Shown piece after piece: positions 1 to 7,128 of a stretch of DNA of 12,013 bases. The DNA is from Calditrichaceae bacterium. Its GTDB lineage: Bacteria; Calditrichota; Calditrichia; Calditrichales; JBFXGD01. The notes under the pieces were generated by a model that did no database searches, was not told the origin of the DNA, and was given only the letters and a program-made list of their open reading frames with translations. The position numbers and the translations under genes were made by a program. Position 1 is the first letter of the stretch, and each line of letters opens with the position of its first letter. The stretch spans positions 1 through 12,013 of the forward strand of contig JBFXGD010000106.1 in NCBI GenBank assembly GCA_050178385.1. Reading direction: 5' to 3'.

Positions 1-206
1 ACCGGCTGTAATCAGAATCATTATTTGTCATTTTTCCGTCGCAATTTTTATGTATTATTCGAAAAATAATTTATATAAATATATATTAAATCTTTTTCTT
101 AAAAGTACTCTCGTGAGGCGCGAAATCATCATCACGGGAAGTAAATTAAATTTATCGTCAGGATACGTTATATCTTTAGGGATATCTTTACTCTTTTGGG
201 GTAATC

Positions 207-602
207 GTCGGGGCGATGCATTCATATCCGTATAATTGATGTAGTTTATATTATTGGGAAGGAATGCATCGCCGTACCTTGGGCGCTATGCGGATTTTAT
301 TGATTTTTCGGCAAATGATTGATTGGAGATTTTGCGTTATTGTGCTAAATGATTCGGTTATCGTGGCGTCATTTGGGGCAATCGTTGGGGCGATGCATTC
401 ATATCCATAAAACTGACATTGTTTTGTCATCTGTATGGGCGATGCATTCACATCCATAAAATTGGAATTGTTGTGTCATCCGTATGGGCGATGCATTTGC
501 ATCCATAAAATTGGAATTGTTGTGTCATCTGTATGGGCGATGCATTCACATCCATATAATTGGCATAGTTTTATTCTTCTGACCTGAATGCATCGCCCCT
601 AC
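207..602 (-). repeat. Left array of a REP/MITE-like element: seven 16-17-bp arms of consensus GTAGGGGCGATGCATTC or its inverse, including a 49-bp tandem repeat
   Basis: Arms reading GT(A/C/T)(T/G)GGGCGATGCATT(C/T) on + at 207-223, 384-400, 433-449, 482-498 and 531-547; the last four have an exact 49-bp period. Inverted arms GAATGCATCGCC..TAC at 262-277 and 586-602. Complete hairpin elements are 207-277 and 531-602. Confidence 0.93.
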
Positions 603-2365
603 AGCACCTTTCTCCACAGGGCGCGTCCGATAAACCGGAATTTATCGCCTAAGGGAAATCGCTTCAGCACGGTGCTGACGACACCCTTTGTAAATCGTGT
701 CCTGCGTGAATAATCAATTTTTACATCAACGATGACGGGTTGACCGGAGCTGGCGATATTTAGCGCTTCCGGGATGACTGATTCCAGATCCTCATTTGAA
801 TTCAGTTCAAGGAACGCGGCGCCTGTAGCAATGGCCACGCCTTCGAGCTTGATATCACCAAGAATGGTACAGGTTTTCCGATTGTATGGAATTTCCTGGC
901 CCTGGGAGATCTGCGAAAGTTCACCGTCATGGAATACAAAATACACCACACCCGCGTTATGAGTCGATGCGGTAAGTATCTCCATACAGGTCATCAAAAA
1001 CGCGCCATCGCCGACTATACCGATCACCTGATTTTCCGGATTTGCCAGTTTCGCGCCGATAGCCGCGGGAACACAGTAACCCATACAGTTAAAATCGGTA
1101 GGAGAGATAAAGTGCTTTGAGTGGTACGAATCGAATAATTCGACCGCCAGAAAAGTATGATTGCCGTCATCCACAACGGTGATGGCATTGTCATCCAGGT
1201 GCTTTCTAAGTTTCTCAAAGAAACGCGCCGGATTAACCCGGTCATTTTTAACTTTCTTCCACTCGTCACGATAATTTTTCTTATCCTCGCGTATCTGTTT
1301 TCTTAAACCGTTGTCATCATGTGAATGATCGACACCATTTTTTGTGAGTACTTTGAGCAAGGCAGACAATGCTTCACCCGCATCGGCCTCTATGGTGATC
1401 TTCGCGGGATAATTTTTATTAAAAACCTTTGGATTGATATCTATATGAATCAGATCTTCAGGAACGGTGACACCAAAACTGCCGGTGGGTATTTCACCAA
1501 AACGGACTCCAACCGCCAGAAGACAATCACAATCTTTAAAAGCGTTTTCCGCCGCGGGGACGGAACTTGGACCGAAACCCATTCCCGTATGCAGGGAATG
1601 ATTGGAGGGAAAGACGCTGAATCCCTGGAGTGTAGTGGAGACCGGAGCGCTGAGCAGCTCGGCCAGTTCGATCAGCTGTTCCGAGCAGTCACGGCAGCCC
1701 CATCCCACAAACAAACCCGGTCTTTGTGCGTTTTTTAGTAATTCGGCCGCTTTCAGAATCCTGGCAATTTCGGGGGCCGTCTTTTTTCCGCTTTTTTCAA
1801 AATTAGGCAGTTCCCGAACTTCGCCCTTGAACAACTGGATATCCACGGGGATTTCCACAAATACCGGTCCGGGTTCACCTTCAGTGGCGATCCTGTAAGC
1901 TTCAAAAATAGTGGGAACAATTTCCTCATGCTTTTTCACCAACCAGGTTTTTTTTGTAATTCCCGCCAACACCGCGTGCTGATCCCATTGATGAAGCTGA
2001 TAGGATTTATCGATGTCACGTCGAATGCCTCCCGAGATAATCAGCATAGGGATGCCGTCAAGATACGCTTCGCCGATGCCGCTCATGGCATGGGTCACTC
2101 CCGCCGCGGGAACGATGAGCATTGTGCCGATGTTGTCCGTGGTACGACTGATGGCATCAGCCATAAACGCGCCCCCACCTTCGTGTGTTACAAGAACAGG
2201 CGTAATTTTTTTTGATTTGCTAAGCTGGTCATACAGCTCTGTATTTTGTACGCCGGGGATGCCGAAGGTATGTGTAACCGGCAGTTGCTCAAGCGCGTAA
2301 ACGGCTAACCACGCGCCGGTCTTTTTCATTGTTTTTTCTTTTTTGTTTTCTGATGTGGTTTTCAT
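599..2365 (-). CDS. Thiamine diphosphate-dependent enzyme, acetolactate synthase large-subunit-like family (probably not a canonical AHAS)
   Basis: 588-aa ORF with N-terminal FGIPG, catalytic Glu in THEGG, GEPGPVFVEIPVD, central HIDINP, and C-terminal MGYCVPAAIGAKLA plus the ThDP motif GDGAF. GGAGG lies 6 nt before the ATG at 2365, which overlaps the upstream stop (ATGA). Alternative start at 2329 (MKKTG). Confidence 0.93.
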   Translation of the reverse strand: MKTTSENKKEKTMKKTGAWLAVYALEQLPVTHTFGIPGVQNTELYDQLSKSKKITPVLVTHEGGGAFMADAISRTTDNIGTMLIVPAAGVTHAMSGIGEAYLDGIPMLIISGGIRRDIDKSYQLHQWDQHAVLAGITKKTWLVKKHEEIVPTIFEAYRIATEGEPGPVFVEIPVDIQLFKGEVRELPNFEKSGKKTAPEIARILKAAELLKNAQRPGLFVGWGCRDCSEQLIELAELLSAPVSTTLQGFSVFPSNHSLHTGMGFGPSSVPAAENAFKDCDCLLAVGVRFGEIPTGSFGVTVPEDLIHIDINPKVFNKNYPAKITIEADAGEALSALLKVLTKNGVDHSHDDNGLRKQIREDKKNYRDEWKKVKNDRVNPARFFEKLRKHLDDNAITVVDDGNHTFLAVELFDSYHSKHFISPTDFNCMGYCVPAAIGAKLANPENQVIGIVGDGAFLMTCMEILTASTHNAGVVYFVFHDGELSQISQGQEIPYNRKTCTILGDIKLEGVAIATGAAFLELNSNEDLESVIPEALNIASSGQPVIVDVKIDYSRRTRFTKGVVSTVLKRFPLGDKFRFIGRALWRKVL

Positions 2366-3990
2366 TGATAACCTCCCGATATATCTTTTGCCGCTATCCT
2401 TCCCGTCAGGACACAGCTTCCCAAAAATGTTCCTTCAAGCGAACCGAGCCCGTGAATACCTCCCCCTCCGAATCCGGCCGCTTCGCCAACGGCGTACAAT
2501 CCGGAAACGGGTTTTCCTTTTTTATCAAGAACACGACTCTGAAGATCGGTCTGGATCCCTCCGAGACTTTTCCTGCTTAAAATAAATTCTCGTATGGCGA
2601 TCAGAGGCATGGATTTAGGATCGTTGATTTTTTGAAACTTACACATACGCATTCTATCACCTTTATAGGTTCTGAATCCCATTATCCGGCGAAGCTGATC
2701 ATCATTGAAGAAGGCAGGGCCACGGTCAATCTGATCATCATACGCTTTAATTTCTTTGAACAATACGTCGGGATCGACCCGATGATCACCGCTGATTTCA
2801 TTCATTTTATTCGCGAGCTCGGGTACGGTTGTGGCCGTGACAAAGTCATGTGATTCCTTTATGAGGCGCCGTACGAGCTCCTTGTTCCCGAAGAGCAAAT
2901 CGAGTATTACACGAATTTTTTTCTTGTTTCGGAACGCGGTCATGTAATCGCTTCCGGAAACGCTCAGTTCTTTGATGGCGATTTTCCAGTTCATAACCTG
3001 CCAGGAATATTGACCCGGCTGCTGACAAATCTGCTCGACCAGAAAACGGGTATCGGTGTAACCGACAAGCGGCTGAGGGCCGATGCGCTCACCATGAGCG
3101 TTCATCCACAGGGCGGAGCGGGGTGGTACCAGACTGAGTCCGTACATGGGCCTTTCAGAGTTCGGATGATATATCCCGGCGGCATAATGCCAGTGCTTAT
3201 CCAAATGAGTGACATTTCCGCCGATTTTTTCAACGGCATCATGAAGCATCCCATCGGCATATTGGTGTGAACCGTTTAGAAGAACCTGAGGCGGATCCCC
3301 CCAGGGTTTATACCAGTTTTTCCGGACTTTGCTCAAATCGCCGCCGCAGATGCCACCCGAAGCGACAACAACGTATTCTGATGATGCAGTGAATTCCTCA
3401 CCGGATGCTTCCAAAATACCGGAACATCCACTGACCGATTTGCCGGCAAATTCCAGGTGATTTACACGATGCCCGAAACGGATCTCAAGATTTTTACGGT
3501 TTGGATGATTATTGAGGTGTCCCAGAATTGCTTCCATAAGTCCGAATCCCGTTCCCCACGCGATATGCCAGCGGGGGACAGAATTACCGGGACGATAAAG
3601 CCCTCTCTCAGGCCAGTTCACCACAGGAAGAAACTCAACCGAGCGTTTTGTCAGCCAATCCCAGATCATTTCGATGGAGGTATTTACATAGGTCTCCGCC
3701 CAGCGTAACGGCCAAACATCATCATCTCCGAATTTGGCGAAACTCAGCCAGTCGGATAGAGCCAGTTCCGGCGAGTCCTTTATCTTCGCTTTCTTTTGCA
3801 GGGGTGTGCCGACCATCATCACACCGCCAAAGGATTCTTTGGCGAGTCCACCAAATTTGTCATCGGTATCCCGTTCGAGAATCAGGACTTTACGATTTTT
3901 ATCAAGAAGGTCAAAGGCTGTCACTATCCCCGCGAGACCACCGCCAACAATAATGACATCACTCTGGTAATGATTTTTTGAACCGGACAA
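2362..3990 (-). CDS. FAD-binding dehydrogenase (FAD_binding_2; COG3573 / KsdD-like family)
   Basis: 542-aa ORF with Rossmann motif VIIVGGGLAG, GGLAKESFGG, GNSVPRWHIAWGTG, RKSLGGIQTDL and GLYAVGEAAGFGGGGIHG..LEGTFLGSCVLTGR, which are recognised signatures of this family. TTG start with GGAGG 7 nt upstream. Confidence 0.9.
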   Translation of the reverse strand: MSGSKNHYQSDVIIVGGGLAGIVTAFDLLDKNRKVLILERDTDDKFGGLAKESFGGVMMVGTPLQKKAKIKDSPELALSDWLSFAKFGDDDVWPLRWAETYVNTSIEMIWDWLTKRSVEFLPVVNWPERGLYRPGNSVPRWHIAWGTGFGLMEAILGHLNNHPNRKNLEIRFGHRVNHLEFAGKSVSGCSGILEASGEEFTASSEYVVVASGGICGGDLSKVRKNWYKPWGDPPQVLLNGSHQYADGMLHDAVEKIGGNVTHLDKHWHYAAGIYHPNSERPMYGLSLVPPRSALWMNAHGERIGPQPLVGYTDTRFLVEQICQQPGQYSWQVMNWKIAIKELSVSGSDYMTAFRNKKKIRVILDLLFGNKELVRRLIKESHDFVTATTVPELANKMNEISGDHRVDPDVLFKEIKAYDDQIDRGPAFFNDDQLRRIMGFRTYKGDRMRMCKFQKINDPKSMPLIAIREFILSRKSLGGIQTDLQSRVLDKKGKPVSGLYAVGEAAGFGGGGIHGLGSLEGTFLGSCVLTGRIAAKDISGGYQ

Positions 3991-4114
3991 ATCAATTCCT
4001 CCCGATATGGTTTCAATGTATCGTTATTTCCGAATAAAAACACCACGTGGATTGGCAAGGATACCGCCAGCCGGAATCATTGCAGAAAAGTTTGGGTCGA
4101 AGGCGATATGATTC

Positions 4115-4143
4115 AAGATACTAAACACAGAGAATATTATCAA
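4115..4143 (-). promoter_or_regulatory. Putative sigma70-type promoter for the dehydrogenase/ThDP-enzyme operon
   Basis: Minus strand reads TTGATA-17 nt-TATCTT (-35 at 4143-4138, -10 at 4120-4115), about 125 nt upstream of the TTG start. The region is AT-rich, so a chance match is possible. Confidence 0.45.
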
Positions 4144-4196
4144 AGATTATAATTCGGGATTTATTCGTTAGGACTTCCATACGATATTTATTTTTT

Positions 4197-4224
4197 TGCA
4201 AGAAATTGAGATCTAATTTGTCTA
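4197..4224 (+). promoter_or_regulatory. Putative ECF-sigma-dependent (autoregulatory) promoter P1, TGCAAG-N16-TGTCTA
   Basis: ttTGCAAGaaattgagatctaattTGTCTAaa lies 35 nt upstream of the ECF sigma start. The same bipartite motif with identical spacing recurs at 4817-4844. Confidence 0.7.
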
Positions 4225-4259
4225 AAATATCAATGACGCGTAATCAGCGAGGGTAAAAT

Positions 4260-4799
4260 TTGCAGGACATCACATTTGATTCGGTGTATGAGGCTTACGG
4301 CGGAAGGATTCTGAATCTGGCTTTTCGGATGACAGGAAGTGAAGATACCGCGCGTGATATGACTCAGGATATTTTTCTAAAAGTCTATGAGGGCATTGAT
4401 ACATTTCAGCAGAAGTCTGATATCTATACCTGGATCTACCGAATTGCCACTAATCATATCCTCAATCATCTTAAAAAGATGAAACGACAGCAGTTATTCA
4501 GCATGCTTGATAAAGGTGTGGATGAATTGTTGCGCGAAGGCGGATTAGAGAGTGATACAGAAAATGTCAGTCCGGATCAAATTCTGGAAAAAACTGAACG
4601 TGAAAATTTTGTCTGGAATGCCATACTCGCGCTCCCTGTAAAATACCGTATGCCGCTTGTCCTGTTTCGCTATGAGAATATGAGTTACAAAGAGATCGCT
4701 AAAAAACTGGATCTTAGCCTGAGCGCGGTTGAATCACGAATCCATCGGGCCAACAAACAATTGATAAAAAAGCTGGAGCCTTTGATAGGCCATATTTAA
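4260..4799 (+). CDS. ECF-type RNA polymerase sigma-70 factor (RpoE/SigW-like)
   Basis: 179 aa with region 2 (ARDMTQDIFLKVY..TWIYRIATNH) and region 4 (LPVKYRMPLVLFRYENMSYKEIAKKLDLSLSAVESRIHRA). TTG start with GAGGG upstream. Confidence 0.95.
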   Translation: MQDITFDSVYEAYGGRILNLAFRMTGSEDTARDMTQDIFLKVYEGIDTFQQKSDIYTWIYRIATNHILNHLKKMKRQQLFSMLDKGVDELLREGGLESDTENVSPDQILEKTERENFVWNAILALPVKYRMPLVLFRYENMSYKEIAKKLDLSLSAVESRIHRANKQLIKKLEPLIGHI

Positions 4800-4816
4800 A
4801 GGGCTAAAAAAAATTT

Positions 4817-4844
4817 TGCAAGTTTTTATAAACAGATTTGTCTA
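4817..4844 (+). promoter_or_regulatory. Putative internal ECF-dependent promoter P2, TGCAAG-N16-TGTCTA
   Basis: ttTGCAAGtttttataaacagattTGTCTAaa in the 60-bp gap between the sigma and anti-sigma genes. Both boxes and the spacing match P1, while the spacer sequence differs. Confidence 0.7.
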
Positions 4845-4859
4845 AATAAATAAAGAGAC

Positions 4860-5330
4860 ATGAGAGAAAAGATGGAAAAGCACGTAAAAATATTTTTTCA
4901 GGATTGGCTGGAACAAAGACTTTCAGAAATCCGGAAGCAGGAAATCGAGGACCATTTAAAGAATTGCGAATCATGCAGCCATTATTTTGTCACAATGTCT
5001 GAGCTGATTCAGCGTCCTGCCGTGAAAAATATCCCGGTACTTCAACCTGATCCATATCTGCCTATGCGTGTTGAAGCGTTGGCCCGGGAAAAAAGGACAG
5101 GCGAGAATAACGGTTTACGTGGAAGATTTATTCACTGGGGTCTGAATGGGGCTTTGGCGGCAGCGGCGATCTGGATTGGTGTTTTTCTCGGCGCCGGATT
5201 GACGGATACAAACGGAAGTACGACGAATGAATCGGAAATCGCTCTTGCTTATTATGAAGCGTTTTCTCAGAACAATATCGCCGATCAGTTTGAAGCGGCA
5301 ATACAGTCAAATCAGGGAGAAGATCAATGA
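4860..5330 (+). CDS. Membrane-anchored zinc-binding anti-sigma factor (zf-HC2/ZAS)
   Basis: HLKNCESC (HxxxCxxC) near the N-terminus, a single hydrophobic helix (ALAAAAIWIGVFLGAGL) and a position directly downstream of the ECF sigma gene. The start could be 4872. Confidence 0.88.
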   Translation: MREKMEKHVKIFFQDWLEQRLSEIRKQEIEDHLKNCESCSHYFVTMSELIQRPAVKNIPVLQPDPYLPMRVEALAREKRTGENNGLRGRFIHWGLNGALAAAAIWIGVFLGAGLTDTNGSTTNESEIALAYYEAFSQNNIADQFEAAIQSNQGEDQ

Positions 5331-5845
5331 AAGTAAAATTATTAGTCGGTGCCCTGGTGTTTCTGATCATCGTAAATCTTACGGCACTCGGCAGCTATCT
5401 TTATGTGCAAATGACCAGTCCCGATCCGTTTCCGTCTGCTCCTTCGGGTGATATCACTATGCCACACAAACGCATGGAAGAAAGACCGGGCGCAAGGCTT
5501 GACAGGGAACAGTGGGCGCAACTCCGGAATCTGCTCGACAACTTTCAGCAGGAAACAAAAGAACTGAATATGGAAATCAACCAACTGGAAGTGGCGACAT
5601 TCACATTGCTTCAGCAAATACCCGTTCCGGAAGATCAGCTACTGGCAAATTTAGAGAAGATATCCGCTTTAAAACTTGAAATCAGCAAAGTGGCGGTGCT
5701 AAAAATGACGGAAGCAAAAAATTTTTTAAAACCGGATCAGCAGATACGCTTTTTTAATATGATCATGAAAGCCGGTCCCGGGATGAATCGACCGTATATG
5801 CGACACAGAAAATCCGTAAATATTGTTAAACCAGATACATTATAA
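5327..5845 (+). CDS. Membrane-anchored periplasmic Spy/CpxP/ZraP-like protein (periplasmic heavy-metal-sensor type)
   Basis: ATGA overlap with the anti-sigma stop and GGGAG RBS. N-terminal hydrophobic anchor (LLVGALVFLIIVNLTALGSYLY) and a helical body bounded by LTxxQ-like motifs LDREQ and LKPDQQ. Confidence 0.78.
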   Translation: MKVKLLVGALVFLIIVNLTALGSYLYVQMTSPDPFPSAPSGDITMPHKRMEERPGARLDREQWAQLRNLLDNFQQETKELNMEINQLEVATFTLLQQIPVPEDQLLANLEKISALKLEISKVAVLKMTEAKNFLKPDQQIRFFNMIMKAGPGMNRPYMRHRKSVNIVKPDTL

Positions 5846-5865
5846 TTAATCAAAAGGAGAAAGAG

Positions 5866-6357
5866 ATGAGACGACATTTAACGACAGCCTTGTTGGTAGG
5901 GATACTTTTTCTTGCCGGAAGTGTTCAGGCGCAAAGACCTATGGGACAAAAGATGAACGGCAAATGCATGGCCGCGATGGATCTGACCGATGAACAGCAG
6001 GCAAAGATTACCGATCTGAGATTGCAGATGGAAAAAGAAGTTCTACCGCTTCGCAATGAAATGGATAAACTGCGCGGCGAACTGAGACTGGAAATGACTG
6101 CTGAAAAGTTTAATGAAGGCAAAGTGAAGAAAATTTCCGGCGAAATGAGCACGATCAGGGAAAAAATGCAGCTAAATCGGATGAAGCACCAAAGAGCGGT
6201 AAGGGATTTACTGACCCCCGAACAGCAAAAACAGTTTGACCTTCAAATGTTGTCCGGTAAAGGACATGGTGGAATGTGCGGTAACCGGATGGACGGGAAT
6301 GGAAGAGGTGGTATGATGCGCGATAAAGATCGCCCGGCCAGGCCATGGAATAATTAG
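5866..6357 (+). CDS. Secreted Spy/CpxP-family (LTxxQ) periplasmic chaperone-like protein
   Basis: AAGGAG RBS, signal peptide ending VQA|Q, two LTxxQ motifs (LTDEQQ, LTPEQQ) and Met/Gly-rich termini. Confidence 0.88.
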   Translation: MRRHLTTALLVGILFLAGSVQAQRPMGQKMNGKCMAAMDLTDEQQAKITDLRLQMEKEVLPLRNEMDKLRGELRLEMTAEKFNEGKVKKISGEMSTIREKMQLNRMKHQRAVRDLLTPEQQKQFDLQMLSGKGHGGMCGNRMDGNGRGGMMRDKDRPARPWNN

Positions 6358-6374
6358 AACAAGAACTTGAACAA

Positions 6375-6405
6375 AAAAAAGCCGGGCCAAACACCCGGCT
6401 TTTTT
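6375..6405. terminator. Bidirectional intrinsic terminator between convergent genes
   Basis: AAAAAAGCCGGG-ccaaaca-CCCGGCTTTTTT: a GC stem with an A-tract on the left and a T-tract on the right, between the stops at 6357 (+) and 6446 (-). Confidence 0.9.
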
Positions 6406-6445
6406 ATTTAGTAAAACATTGATCTTCACGGAATTTTTTTACGAT

Positions 6446-7036
6446 TTAACGCGCGGCTATTTCATTTGGCGGAACAGGCCCCGGCACCAGATTACTTACA
6501 GGTTTAATAGACTGCAGATAGGCAAAAATCGCCTTCAAATCCTGGTCCTCCAGGAGCGCCATATTTTCCCAGGGCATCGGCGGGAGAATCGGCCGTCCGT
6601 CCCCCATATGTTTCCCTGTACGGAACGCTTTAATAAACATATCTTCCGTCCACATACCCAAACCGGTTTGTTTGTCCGGAGTCAAATTGGCGGCAAAACT
6701 GATTCCCCATGGCCCGACCCAGGCTGTCAGGTTATCATTGTATAAAAACCATTTACCCGGACCAAGCTGGTCAGACGTGAGTTCAGGCAGCATAGAATTT
6801 GCCGGGTGGCCTGAAAGCAGCCGTGTCATATCCGGAACGGGTCCCTTCTCTGTCATTAATTTTGGTGTATGACAGACATTGCAGTCACCGACAGTCATGA
6901 GAAATTTGCCGCGTTGAATCTGCTCATCAACGGTCATTTTATTTTGACCTGACGTAGATTCACAACTCTGAGTAAGTAATGAAAGAAAGAAAAAAGCTAA
7001 AAAGCTCAAACCAACAGAAAAAAGATTACGATACAT
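6446..7036 (-). CDS. Monoheme c-type cytochrome, probable lipoprotein
   Basis: Single heme motif CNVCH. AANLTPDKQTGLGMWT..FIKAFRTG and PPMPW (candidate axial Met) resemble a domain of dehydrogenase cytochrome c subunits. Likely start is the ATG at 7036 (GGGGGG RBS-like run), giving signal peptide MYRNLFSVGLSFLAFFFLSLLTQS-C with a lipobox-like Cys. The ORF-track start at 7120 is probably too long. Confidence 0.85.
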   Translation of the reverse strand: MYRNLFSVGLSFLAFFFLSLLTQSCESTSGQNKMTVDEQIQRGKFLMTVGDCNVCHTPKLMTEKGPVPDMTRLLSGHPANSMLPELTSDQLGPGKWFLYNDNLTAWVGPWGISFAANLTPDKQTGLGMWTEDMFIKAFRTGKHMGDGRPILPPMPWENMALLEDQDLKAIFAYLQSIKPVSNLVPGPVPPNEIAAR

Positions 7037-7128
7037 AAATGTCCCCCCCAGAAAACCATGTATTACAAGAAATAGTGAATTATTACAGACAAAACGAAAA
7101 ATATGTTTAAAAATTTCCAAATATTAAA

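Noticed and set aside
2..127. Short matches GGCTGTAAT (4-12) and GGCGCGAAAT (118-127) that recur near 7688-7733, outside the right array
   Set aside because: The matches are only 9-10 bp, their spacing differs greatly between the two sites, and they are in direct orientation whereas the arrays are inverted. Likely chance.
50..457. ORFs 50-235 (+) and 251-457 (-)
   Set aside because: Short, run through AT-rich or repeat DNA, translate the repeat arm (GDAFIS / YECIA) and show no recognisable domain.
599..2365. Gene symbol ilvB/ilvI
   Set aside because: AHAS-specific motifs are altered and no regulatory subunit or ilv context is present, so the symbol was withheld.
4024..4080. 18-codon minus-strand uORF MIPAGGILANPRGVFIRK as an ilv-type attenuator leader peptide
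   Set aside because: Only 5 of 18 residues are Ile/Leu/Val with no runs, there is no RBS or U-tailed terminator before the dehydrogenase start, and the downstream enzyme looks non-AHAS.
3991..4114. TPP or FMN riboswitch in the leader of the cofactor-dependent enzyme operon
   Set aside because: Hallmark motifs (TPP: CUGAGA, ACCUG; FMN: AGGGCGGGG, AGUCUGGAUG) are not present on the minus strand.
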